A DNA stretch of 63,830 bases, the filler included, from Thraustochytrium aureum (lineage: Eukaryota), in the NCBI GenBank assembly GCA_012862495.1. It is 5 parts of 3 records of this genome, joined end to end, with 100 filler letters (N's around TTAATTAATTAA, not from the genome) between each part and the next. Parts side by side here need not be neighbours in the genome. Positions count along the whole stretch, not along the records: positions 1 to 9,419 come from BLSG01000033.1; 4 more parts are not named here. One strand, 5' to 3'. The notes beneath the pieces are model-generated. The model worked only from the letters and a program-made list of their open reading frames with translations. It had not been told where the DNA came from and searched no databases. Of this stretch, positions 1 through 9,408 are shown piece after piece. Made by a program: the position numbers and the translations under genes. Numbering within the stretch: position 1 is the first letter of the stretch; every line of letters begins with the position of its first letter.

Positions 1-2
1 CC

Positions 3-185
3 ACCATCCGAGACATCATCGGCAACAAGGCGGTCTCGGAGGTATTCATCACCGAGCACGACGACGACAAGGCCAACCGCATCCCGCGCGTGTACCGCAG
101 CGAGAGCTTTCGCGTCCCCAGCTTCGACGTCGAGGGCGCAAGCGTGAGCCTCGCGCAGACCTTCCGCCGCGAGAAGCTTGGGTGA
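3..185 (+). CDS. Hypothetical protein, C-terminal fragment (5' truncated)
   Basis: Open frame from the window start, TIRDIIGNKAVSEVF...RREKLG-stop, with GC3-rich codons. Confidence 0.5.
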   Translation, partial: TIRDIIGNKAVSEVFITEHDDDKANRIPRVYRSESFRVPSFDVEGASVSLAQTFRREKLG

Positions 186-232
186 AGAAAAAAAGTACTT
201 GGCGGAAAATCCAAGCCCGAGTCAGGGGCGCC

Positions 233-1012
233 ATGGAGGTCGAGACTTACCGGTTGCCCAAGGGCCTTTTGTCGTCGCCCAGGAAGATGGACAAAACCAA
301 GACGGGCCGCCAGCGAGTGCACTTCGCAGCCGAAGAGTCTGCCGAGCAAACCCAAGGGCCACACATCGTGATCAACCAGGCCCCACTGCAGCAGCAGCAG
401 CCGCCACAGCAAGACAAAGGCGCACAGTCCATCCCCTTCGGCTACATCATGGCCTTTGCCGCGCTCGTGTCCGCGGCGATCGGACTCTACCTTTACGCGG
501 GCTCCAGGGGAAAGAAATTGGCCGATGTTGAGGCAGAGGCGGCCGTCGAGGAACAGGGCCCATCGGAGGAGCAGATCAGGGAGTGGGAGAAGCAAGAGGA
601 GGACAAACTGCGCTACGACATGATTCAGCAAAAGAACGAGATCACTCAGGTCATTGCAGGGCTGCGCCAGCAGCTGGCCCAGACCGAGGAGCAGGCCAAG
701 AGCACCAAGGCCGAGTTCGAGGACAAGTTCGGTACCAAGAAGATCAGCTACGACCAGGAGCTCTCCGACATGGAGGCCGAGCAGAGCCTGGACACCGCCT
801 TCATGCTCAAGGACGAGATAGACCAAAAGAAAACCGACATGATCCGCACCGGCGAGCAGCTCGCCGAAAGGGGCGCGCAACTCAACAAACAGCTCGAAGC
901 AACCTACGCGAGGCTCCAGGCCCTAGACGCCAAGTGGCGCGCCACGTTCCCTGACGGCCCACCGCTCCTGCCGCCACCGCCGCAACAAGCAACACCAAAC
1001 CAAACCCAATGA
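233..1012 (+). CDS. Hypothetical single-pass membrane protein with coiled-coil tail
   Basis: ATG at 233. One hydrophobic segment (IPFGYIMAFAALVSAAIGLYLY) followed by a Q/E/K-rich heptad-like region. Confidence 0.7.
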   Translation: MEVETYRLPKGLLSSPRKMDKTKTGRQRVHFAAEESAEQTQGPHIVINQAPLQQQQPPQQDKGAQSIPFGYIMAFAALVSAAIGLYLYAGSRGKKLADVEAEAAVEEQGPSEEQIREWEKQEEDKLRYDMIQQKNEITQVIAGLRQQLAQTEEQAKSTKAEFEDKFGTKKISYDQELSDMEAEQSLDTAFMLKDEIDQKKTDMIRTGEQLAERGAQLNKQLEATYARLQALDAKWRATFPDGPPLLPPPPQQATPNQTQ

Positions 1013-1146
1013 AAAGAGAGTTATTTTCGAGCCTTCTTCGTGCGAAATGGCCATCAAGCCCCTTCAAATCGGTTCCAGCTTCGCGTCCTTCTAGAACGAC
1101 CAAGAAAACCAGGAAAACTCTTTTTCGTTCCTCCTACTAGGCAAAC

Positions 1147-1791
1147 ATGTGCGGCTGTCTCAGAGGTCTCTGCTCGTGTTGGCGCACGGAAGGCGGCCTG
1201 GACGCCATCCAAGCCTCCAACATCCTCGGCATTTTCCCTATCATCATGTGCCTCCAGGCCGGTCTCTTCCGCCTCGCGCTGGTCCTGATCGCATCGTTCG
1301 TCGCCAGCGTGTACTACCACTGCGACGAGGGCAACGAACACGCCTACCACCTCGATGTCGGCATGTGCGGCGTCACCGCCTCGTTCTGCTGCTACATCCT
1401 CATCAACGACAACGTCAGGGCCACGCCGGCCAACCTCCTCGCCTTGATCTACAGCTCTGCGGCCCTCGGCTTCTTCTTCGGCGCGGGCGACCCGGGCGAC
1501 CCGGGCTACGAGATTTACCACACGGGCTGGCACCTCTGCGTACTCTACGCCATCTCGCTCTTCATCTACAGCCACACCAACACGTCATCAGCCCGTCCTG
1601 CTCGTTGCCGCACAGTAGGTCGCGCGTTGGGCGCAATGTCCGCGACGGCGCCGCTCAGGATGTTTGCCACAAGCGCTTCCAGGTCCGGATCCGAGTCGGA
1701 GGTGGCAGACATCGCGACCGAGAGAGGCGAGAAGCTCAATCAGGGCCTCGCATCGCCACACCACTCTCAATTGCGCGCTCGCAGGCCCTGA
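1147..1791 (+). CDS. CREST-superfamily (TMEM8/PGAP6/myomaker-like) multi-pass membrane protein
   Basis: About 5 TM segments carrying the CREST motifs SN, SVYYHCD, a conserved D (LDVG) and HTGWH. Confidence 0.65.
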   Translation: MCGCLRGLCSCWRTEGGLDAIQASNILGIFPIIMCLQAGLFRLALVLIASFVASVYYHCDEGNEHAYHLDVGMCGVTASFCCYILINDNVRATPANLLALIYSSAALGFFFGAGDPGDPGYEIYHTGWHLCVLYAISLFIYSHTNTSSARPARCRTVGRALGAMSATAPLRMFATSASRSGSESEVADIATERGEKLNQGLASPHHSQLRARRP

Positions 1792-2801
1792 GCTCGAAGG
1801 CGACGGCGTCCTGAATAAGAAACAGCAAGCCGTGCGGGTCTGCCGCCGCGTTGGTCGAGAGCCTGTCCAACTTGACCCGGTCGGCCACCAGCATCGTTTT
1901 GCAGGCCGCGGCGTCAATGAACACGTACTCACGAACGAGGTACGACCACTCCGGCAGCGCTTCGGACTGCAACTCTGCGGNNNNNNNNNNNNNNNNNNNN
2001 NNNNNNNNNNNNNNNNNNNNNNNNNNNNNNNNNNNNNNNNNNNNNNNNNNNNNNNNNNNNNNNNNNNNNNNNNNNNNNNNNNNNNNNNNNNNNNNNNNNN
2101 NNNNNNNNNNNNNNNNNNNNNNNNNNNNNNNNNNNNNNNNNNNNNNNNNNNNNNNNNNNNNNNNNNNNNNNNNNNNNNNNNNNNNNNNNNNNNNNNNNNN
2201 NNNNNNNNNNNNNNNNNNNNNNNNNNNTCTGCCGCGAGCGGTCGGTGAAGGTCTCGAGCAGCGAGTGCCAGCCCAGGAGGCCCATGCCGGCCGCCTTGCG
2301 CTGCAGGCGGCGCACAATCGGAAGCGTGAAGGGCTCGCGCGTCAGTGCACAGACGAAGTTGCTCGTCGCCTGCAGATAGGCGACCAGGTCGGGGCACGAG
2401 TAGATCACCACAGACCCATTGCCGGTCACGAACCGGAAGACGGCACTGACTTCGACCGCGTCCTGTGTGATGGGACAGACGACCGCCTGTCCGCCCAAGC
2501 AAAAGTTGCCGCGCCGCGGTAGGTCGGGGTCTGTGTTGTTTACCACGTTTGTCAAGCACTTCGCGCGCCGCCACCAGGCCTGCAACGCCCTGGCGCTCAG
2601 ATCCGACTTGTTCTTCGCCTCGTCGCGCATCTTGACTAAGCGAATGTACGTCGGTGTGCAGTAGCGCGAGGGGCTGTAGTCGATGACGAGGCGCTTGGCA
2701 CTGGGCTCGTCTCCGGACCGAAGTTTCCGCTTGAGGCTGTCTTCCATGCAGAGAAGCAGGAAATCGTCGGGGCCAATGTGCTGCGGGCCCACCGGCAACA
2801 T
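1736..2801 (-). CDS. Hypothetical protein with U-box/RING-like CPIT...C-x-x-TR motif (spans N gap)
   Basis: VCPITQD...YSCPDLVAYLQATSNFVCALTREPF. The C-terminal part after the gap (AELQSEALPEW...) is probably the same gene. Start is 2801 or 2747. Confidence 0.55.
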
Positions 2802-2851
2802 CCCTCGACAGCGACCAAGAAAAAAAATGTCTGTTTTCAATTGGGCGCACT

Positions 2852-3316
2852 ATGGTGAAGGACCAATCTCAGTGGGTGAAGGACCCTGCTCAGGTGCTGG
2901 TGTTGCTGGTCACGCTGGCGGCCGGGCTCTCTCTTCCGTACTACCGCAAGATAAACGAGCTCCTGCCCGAGAGCCACCCGGTGGTCGGCGCGACACTCTC
3001 CGGGATAATCGTCTTCGTCCTGATGTACCCTGCGCTCTACTACGCGGACCGCAAGTACTCCATGAGCAGCGCGTTTCTGCTGGGTCTGCTCGTCGCGGAG
3101 TTTACGGTCTACGGCGCCCCACCGGGCTTCCCAACGCCTGTGGCGTTGAGTTTTTCTTTTTATGCTCACGATTGGGTATTCCGAAGCGGACCATTTGTGG
3201 CCGACGACGTATTCTGGCCGCTTTTAGCCGGAAGGGACCATCGAGGGCCAAAATTTTGGCTTGGGTGGCCAAAGGGGTCCAGGCGGGGGACACAAAAAAA
3301 AACCTGTGCCGCCTAG
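2852..3316 (+). CDS. Small multi-pass membrane protein
   Basis: ATG at 2852 with three hydrophobic segments in the first ~90 aa. Divergent from the 2801 gene. The 3' end is uncertain. Confidence 0.55.
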   Translation: MVKDQSQWVKDPAQVLVLLVTLAAGLSLPYYRKINELLPESHPVVGATLSGIIVFVLMYPALYYADRKYSMSSAFLLGLLVAEFTVYGAPPGFPTPVALSFSFYAHDWVFRSGPFVADDVFWPLLAGRDHRGPKFWLGWPKGSRRGTQKKTCAA

Positions 3317-3326
3317 CAGGCACCCG

Positions 3327-3732
3327 ATGTCGTCGAGATCCAAGCGATCGAACCGCCCAAGAGACCAGGATGGGGAGGAAGAGGACGAGGACGCTCTGGT
3401 CGAAATCCCCGCCACGGGGACCATGCCCTGGCGCCGGCAAGTCAATGGCTACGACTGGAACGGCGTCAGGGGCGAGCGCAACGTGACCGGTCACGTGCGC
3501 GTCCGCGGACGGCTCCGCGCCGCTGCGATGGCCGACAACGACGACACGACCCGGATCACCGAGTGCTGCCAGTGCAAGTACCAGTCCGACCGCTGCGCGG
3601 CGATCAAGCGGGACGGCAAGCGGTGCAACTACTGCGCCGTCAAGGGCCAGCGCTACTGCGTGGTGCACGGCGCCACCAAGAAGAGCTTCGGCAAGGGGGT
3701 CGAGAAGCCCGAGCCTCGCAACAAGGCGGCTG
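3327..3732 (+). CDS. C3H zinc-finger protein (runs into gap)
   Basis: RCAAIKRDGKRCNYCAVKGQRYCVVHG gives C-x9-C-x10-C-x2-H, a motif type common in large DNA viruses. Confidence 0.6.
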
Positions 3733-4330
3733 NNNNNNNNNNNNNNNNNNNNNNNNNNNNNNNNNNNNNNNNNNNNNNNNNNNNNNNNNNNNNNNNNNNN
3801 NNNNNNNNNNNNNNNNNNNNNNNNNNNNNNNNNNNNNNNNNNNNNNNNNNNNNNNNNNNNNNNNNNNNNNNNNNNNNNNNNNNNNNNNNNNNNNNNNNNN
3901 NNNNNNNNNNNNNNNNNNNNNNNNNNNNNNNNNNNNNNNNNNNNNNNNNNNNNNNNNNNNNNNNNNNNNNNNNNNNNNNNNNNNNNNNNNNNNNNNNNNN
4001 NNNNNNNNNNNNNNNNNNNNNNNNNNNNNNNNNNNNNNNNNNNNNNNNNNNNNNNNNNNNNNNNNNNNNNNNNNNNNNNNNNNNNNNNNNNNNNNNNNNN
4101 NNNNNNNNNNNNNNNNNNNNNNNNNNNNNNNNNNNNNNNNNNNNNNNNNNNNNNNNNNNNNNNNNNNNNNNNNNNNNNNNNNNNNNNNNNNNNNNNNNNN
4201 NNNNNNNNNNNNNNNNNNNNNNNNNNNNNNNNNNNNNNNNNNNNNNNNNNNNNNNNNNNNNNNNNNNNNNNNNNNNNNNNNNNNNNNNNNNNNNNNNNNN
4301 NNNNNNNNNNNNNNNNNNNNNNNNNNNNNN

Positions 4331-5150
4331 GCTTTCGCGCCGCGTTGTAGCGGTCAGAGTAGGTCGGGTACTTCTTCTTTACCTTGACGCGCTTCTCGGG
4401 CGCCTCGTAGGACTCTTCTTCATCCGACCCGTCCTCGCCCTTCTTGTCCGCCGCCTTTTGCGAAAAGGTCCAGTACTCCTCCGCGCCGAGTCGGTAGCGC
4501 AGGTTGGGCGTCGCCTTGTAGAAGTAGACCGAGTCCGAGACGTTGTAGCTCAGGCAGCCCTGGTCGATCACCATCGCCTCGCGGTTCACCGTGCAGGCCT
4601 GCATCGTCTTGTCGAACGCGCGAAAGGTGTCGAAGACGCCGGCGAAGCAGCGGTGGATCCGCTCGCGGTTGGCGGCCACGTTGTCTTGCAGCGCGATCAC
4701 GTAGTCCACGTTGGCGCGCAGGTCCGGCGGCACGTCCATGATCCACTGCGCCGTCACGATGGTGAACACGTTGCTGTGCCGTCCGTTCATGAAGATCTCG
4801 CGTGTCTGGCGCGAGCGAATGAAGCGCTTGTCGAACATGCAGTCGTCGTAGATGGCGAACGCTTTCTCGACGTAGCCCAGGGCCTTCTTGCACTCCTTCT
4901 GCATCTTGAATAGCTTCTTGGTGATCTCGTCGGCGTACTCGTAGTGGATGAAGCATTGCGGAATGTACTGCGCCCAGAAGGGGTTGACGCGCTCCGTGCC
5001 GGAGATGCAGATCCCGCGCTGCGCGTCCTTGTGGTAGCTCAGGATGTCTGCCGCCACGGTGGACTTGCCGGAGCCGCGCCGCCCGATGATCAGCACCACC
5101 GCGCCGGGCTTCATCTGCGACGGGTCGAAGTAGTTGATCGTCACGTTCAT
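4331..5150 (-). CDS. A32: A32-like viral genome-packaging ATPase (FtsK/HerA superfamily); 3' end in gap
   Basis: Walker A GRRGSGKS, GTE motif, Walker B AIYDDC, IFMNGRH, AQ..MDVPPDLRANVDY and VYFYKA: the full A32 motif series. Confidence 0.93.
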
Positions 5151-5214
5151 CCCTGACTCGGTCCTCGCTGTCTCCACACATTTTTCTCGTCGGTCACAAG
5201 CAACGAGTCCCGCC

Positions 5215-5481
5215 ATGACGACCAAGCAAAGCAAGACCGCCAGGAAAGTTGACCCAGCAGTGAAGCGGAAGCGCAGGCTGTTCATAGCGCTCAACGTTCT
5301 AATGACCATCACCTTCTTCACTGTCGAGGCGCTCATGCACTACAACGTGGGCAAGAACGGCAAGTTGGGCATCCGCGATTTACCGGGCACGAAACAGATG
5401 ATCGAGATCCTCGCCACGGTCGCCTTCTTCACACTTTTGTCCATGGGGGCCACAATTCTGCTTACGAAGGCGCTTACCTAG
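5215..5481 (+). CDS. Small 2-TM protein of giant-virus type
   Basis: FFTVEALMHYNVGK...LPG..QMIEILATVAFFTLLS. From memory this resembles conserved small proteins of algal and protist giant viruses. Confidence 0.65.
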   Translation: MTTKQSKTARKVDPAVKRKRRLFIALNVLMTITFFTVEALMHYNVGKNGKLGIRDLPGTKQMIEILATVAFFTLLSMGATILLTKALT

Positions 5482-5487
5482 GGAGGG

Positions 5488-5808
5488 TTAGCGCACCAAA
5501 AGGTGCCAACCATGTGTGATTAGGCTGTATACCACATCGGCCACCAAAAACGGCCAACCGCTCGCGCCCATCGCCGTCGCGGCCGCGAATGCGGCAAAGA
5601 AGGCCGCGTGCACCCAGCCCAGCCACACGCGCTCCCCGCCAAAGGCCCCAGTGCGCCTTGCAGAGGCGTCGTTGACCAAGAAGCCGAGGGCCACCGCGGC
5701 GCCCGCCGCCGCTGCCTGAATTCGAAGCCGTGGCGCCCACTTGAACGCCGCAAACGCGAGCGCCACTCGCACTGGGACGCAAAAGAGAAAAAGAGCAGGG
5801 CTCGCCAT
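5488..5808 (-). CDS. Small multi-TM protein of giant-virus type
   Basis: LFLFCVPVR...GAFGGERVW...VHAAFFAAFA...WPFLVADV. From memory this resembles a conserved NCLDV membrane-protein family. Confidence 0.65.
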   Translation of the reverse strand: MASPALFLFCVPVRVALAFAAFKWAPRLRIQAAAAGAAVALGFLVNDASARRTGAFGGERVWLGWVHAAFFAAFAAATAMGASGWPFLVADVVYSLITHGWHLLVR

Positions 5809-5850
5809 CGATGGTCCGCCATCGCCGAGCCCTTGGCTCGGCGCGAGATT

Positions 5851-6156
5851 TTAGGTGTGGAACCTCTTGAACCTTGAGCTCGTCTCCTTGAAGGAGCGCT
5901 TCACAATGAGGAACGGCAACAGCATCGCAAAGGCCATCAGCACAGCGCCGATCAGACACAGGTCCTCGGCGAAGCCGTGCTCCCTGAACAGCGCAGCCGC
6001 CACGGTCATGGCCCAGCCGACCCCCAGTGCGGCGAAGAATCCCCTGCCCAGCGAGTAGCCAGACTCGGTCACGCGCTCGTGTCCGTCGACGTTCTCGGTC
6101 TTCACCCTCCCCTGCGTGGCAAAGTGGTCGAGTACTGTCGACTGCGTCTTCGTCAT
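5851..6156 (-). CDS. Small 2-TM hypothetical protein
   Basis: 101-aa ATG ORF with two hydrophobic helices, divergent from the 6215 gene. Confidence 0.6.
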   Translation of the reverse strand: MTKTQSTVLDHFATQGRVKTENVDGHERVTESGYSLGRGFFAALGVGWAMTVAAALFREHGFAEDLCLIGAVLMAFAMLLPFLIVKRSFKETSSRFKRFHT

Positions 6157-6214
6157 CTTGCGCTCACGAGACTATCCAGATTTTCTTTTTTTTCTCCCGC
6201 TTGGGCACAAAGGA

Positions 6215-6890
6215 ATGGGATCCATCAGCGAACTGTTTGCCGGCGGCGAGGGCGAGGGCGTCCCCGCGCTCGAGCCGCGCGGCGAGGATGAGGCCATGCG
6301 CGCCTTTATGCAGAACTTCGCCACGCCGCAGACCAGGGCCACCGGCGAGTACGGCATCCTCAATCCCGACGCGGGCCTGCTGCCCACGCGCGAAGACAGC
6401 TACCGGGACACCAGCGCGATGATCGACTTCAAGCTGGGCGACGGCCTCGCCGTTGCGCGCGCCTTCCACAAACCGGACAGCCAGGGCGGCCAGACGGCCG
6501 ACGGGTTCCACGGCGCGCCCGCGCCAACCAAAATGTTTGGCCGCGACTCGCGCAGCCACGACCTCAACTACAATCGCGAGGAGATGCTCGAGCGCGCCCG
6601 GGCCGGGCTGAAGAGCATGGGCTACAAGCCCAACGAGGTGCCTCGGGCCTCGCAGTACAAGCCTTGGGAGTGGAACAACCTCGATATCCACGGCGAGGGC
6701 GGCGCGGCCGGCAACCAGGACAACCGGAACTGGACCGTCCCGGACGCCGACTCCATAGCGCGCAGGATGTACGAGCCGGCGCCCAGCCGCAAGACCAAGA
6801 TGCTCTCCACCGACGTCGAAGAGGCCGCCCCTGCGGCCCCAGCGCACGCTACTCCACCCGATGAAGGTCGTGACCGAGGACCGGCAGCGC
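6215..6890 (+). CDS. Hypothetical protein (runs into gap)
   Basis: ATG at 6215 after a T-tract. GC3-rich open frame to the gap. Confidence 0.65.
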
Positions 6891-7607
6891 NNNNNNNNNN
6901 NNNNNNNNNNNNNNNNNNNNNNNNNNNNNNNNNNNNNNNNNNNNNNNNNNNNNNNNNNNNNNNNNNNNNNNNNNNNNNNNNNNNNNNNNNNNNNNNNNNN
7001 NNNNNNNNNNNNNNNNNNNNNNNNNNNNNNNNNNNNNNNNNNNNNNNNNNNNNNNNNNNNNNNNNNNNNNNNNNNNNNNNNNNNNNNNNNNNNNNNNNNN
7101 NNNNNNNNNNNNNNNNNNNNNNNNNNNNNNNNNNNNNNNNNNNNNNNNNNNNNNNNNNNNNNNNNNNNNNNNNNNNNNNNNNNNNNNNNNNNNNNNNNNN
7201 NNNNNNNNNNNNNNNNNNNNNNNNNNNNNNNNNNNNNNNNNNNNNNNNNNNNNNNNNNNNNNNNNNNNNNNNNNNNNNNNNNNNNNNNNNNNNNNNNNNN
7301 NNNNNNNNNNNNNNNNNNNNNNNNNNNNNNNNNNNNNNNNNNNNNNNNNNNNNNNNNNNNNNNNNNNNNNNNNNNNNNNNNNNNNNNNNNNNNNNNNNNN
7401 NNNNNNNNNNNNNNNNNNNNNNNNNNNNNNNNNNNNNNNNNNNNNNNNNNNNNNNNNNNNNNNNNNNNNNNNNNNNNNNNNNNNNNNNNNNNNNNNNNNN
7501 NNNNNNNNNNNNNNNNNNNNNNNNNNNNNNNNNNNNNNNNNNNNNNNNNNNNNNNNNNNNNNNNNNNNNNNNNNNNNNNNNNNNNNNNNNNNNNNNNNNN
7601 NNNNNNN

Positions 7608-7910
7608 GTCTGTGCGTTCGTGGCGCGCGCGGCCAAGCTCGCGCAGGCGGTGCGGGTGGAGTCGCTTGTGCTGGTGCCCTCGGACCTCGGGTCCAACTGG
7701 TTCAACCACCTCTACTACACCGGGTCATTGCGCGGCGTCGTGGTCCCGCCGCCCGCACACTGCGCAGAGCGGCCGGAGGTCCTCCTGCACATTGGACCAG
7801 GCGAGCTCGGCCCGGTGCCCGTGCTGACCTGGGAGCGTTTCGCTTCCCGCCTCGCGCGTTCCCTCGAACAACAAGCACACACCGCGCCATCGGGCAAACG
7901 GGTCAACTAA
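7608..7910 (+). CDS. Hypothetical protein C-terminus, weakly like phage Dam-type adenine methyltransferase
   Basis: FVARAAKLAQ...LVLVPSDLGSNWF resembles the post-NPPY segment of phage Dam enzymes. The N-terminus lies in the gap. Confidence 0.35.
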   Translation, partial: VCAFVARAAKLAQAVRVESLVLVPSDLGSNWFNHLYYTGSLRGVVVPPPAHCAERPEVLLHIGPGELGPVPVLTWERFASRLARSLEQQAHTAPSGKRVN

Positions 7911-8299
7911 AAGCAGCTGCGGGAGAACTTCAGACTGCGAAACCCCCACCACCAGCTTTCTTGTCTGCATGTAGGTATTTCTTTCTTTCTGTATGATGAA
8001 TGAAAAACATTCTAGAAGTAATTGGTGGGCTCTGGCGAAAAAGTGTAGTATAACCGCGGTCGCTCCGTTACGTACCCCCCTTTTCCAATTATAAGGTGAG
8101 ACCTCGTGGGGGTAGGATAGGAGAGTTGGGAGTCTTGAGCGGGTTCTCCCCTTTCTAAACTCCATGTAATGACTACTGGATGTCTAGACCTAGTATTGAA
8201 ATTGAAAGCTACTAGCTTCTCAGCCACTTTGGGCCCCCATTCTTCTATTGAGTTCCAATCCTCTTTTGGTTCCGCCACCCACGTATTTTTCTCTAGTTT

Positions 8300-8596
8300 A
8301 TGGAAATGAACAGTAGAATGTGCGCCGGCGACTCCACTTGCAAAACGTGCTCCACAAAGAAAGGCTGTGCCGCTCGGATCAGGCGAGAAAAGACAAAGCG
8401 CAGGGAGAAGGAGGTCCGCGAGCGCAAGGAGCGCAAGGAGCGCAGGGAGCGGAGGGAGAAAGAGCGCAAGGAGCGCCGGGAGCGCCGGGAGCGCAAAGAG
8501 AAGGAGGCGCGAGAGCAAAGGGAGAAGAGGGAGCGGCGCCAGGAGAAGCTGCGTGCGCGCAGGGAGAAGAGAAAGAAGGGGGCGAAGAAAGACTAG
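8300..8596 (+). CDS. Small Cys-cluster plus R/E/K-rich charged-helix protein
   Basis: C-x5-C-x2-C-x5-C followed by about 65 aa of alternating R/K/E. Confidence 0.45.
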   Translation: MEMNSRMCAGDSTCKTCSTKKGCAARIRREKTKRREKEVRERKERKERRERREKERKERRERRERKEKEAREQREKRERRQEKLRARREKRKKGAKKD

Positions 8597-8598
8597 AG

Positions 8599-9408
8599 CT
8601 AGTACATCGCATCGGTGATGGCGGCGACGTCGAATTCCCAGCCCCCTATATTTAGCGGGTCCCTCTTGAGGTTGTGTGGGGCGGTGAGCCCGAACCACTT
8701 GGCGCTCTCTTTCATCATGGAGATGGCCTGTGCCTGAATTTGCTGCACCTCGCCCTTCAACTGCGAGCAGCGGGCCATGATCTCGCCACACGTTTCCCGG
8801 TAACCCATCGCCGCTGCCCTGTGCGCACTCAGAAGCTCCTCGAGGTCAGAGAAGAAGAAGTTCACGCGATCCCTCGCGCAGTTCGCCAGCGTGCCCTTGA
8901 TCGCGTCGATTTCTTGGTTGCGACCGCGCGTGCGCTCGAGGCGCTCGATCTTGGCGCAATACTGCGTCTCGTTCATTTCGCCCCGCACGAAGCCCAGTCG
9001 CAGCACGGTCAGCTCCCGCTCGTGTTGGTTGTCGGTTGTTGCGTAGTGCGTGTCGTTGAGGAAGTTGCATTCCAGGATCACGCGCTCCGAATACGACCTG
9101 CTTGTCGCATTAATTAGCCTGCTTTTGACAGAGCGGAATTGCTCTTTGCAGAAGCCGATCAGCTCGTGGTTTTCATCCTTTTCAAACAACAGCCTCGCGG
9201 CTTCCATGCGCGTCGCGCGCATGGTCTGGTAGGGTATGCACGCGTCTCGCTGGCCACCCACGATGGCCCCGCTCGCCACGAAGGCGGCGTAGTGCGGGTT
9301 GTGGAAGTAGCGCACGTTCTTGAGCACCTCCATCGTGTTCCAGTCGAACGGAGTCGAGCAGTTGGTGCAGAACATCTGCGAACAGCCGCTCACCTTGAAG
9401 ATCCGGAC
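8599..9408 (-). CDS. IBR/RING2-domain (Ariadne/RBR-like) E3 ligase-type protein, 5' truncated
   Basis: [21 protein letters not shown]...HNPHY, the RBR-derived motif typical of giant-virus homologs. Confidence 0.75.
   Translation of the reverse strand, partial: VRIFKVSGCSQMFCTNCSTPFDWNTMEVLKNVRYFHNPHYAAFVASGAIVGGQRDACIPYQTMRATRMEAARLLFEKDENHELIGFCKEQFRSVKSRLINATSRSYSERVILECNFLNDTHYATTDNQHERELTVLRLGFVRGEMNETQYCAKIERLERTRGRNQEIDAIKGTLANCARDRVNFFFSDLEELLSAHRAAAMGYRETCGEIMARCSQLKGEVQQIQAQAISMMKESAKWFGLTAPHNLKRDPLNIGGWEFDVAAITDAMY

Noticed and set aside
4331..5150. Polinton/virophage or mirusvirus origin of scaffold 1
   Set aside because: No pPolB, integrase, terminal repeats, HK97 capsid or terminase is visible, and the neighbouring genes are giant-virus-like. 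Not fully excluded without a phylogeny.
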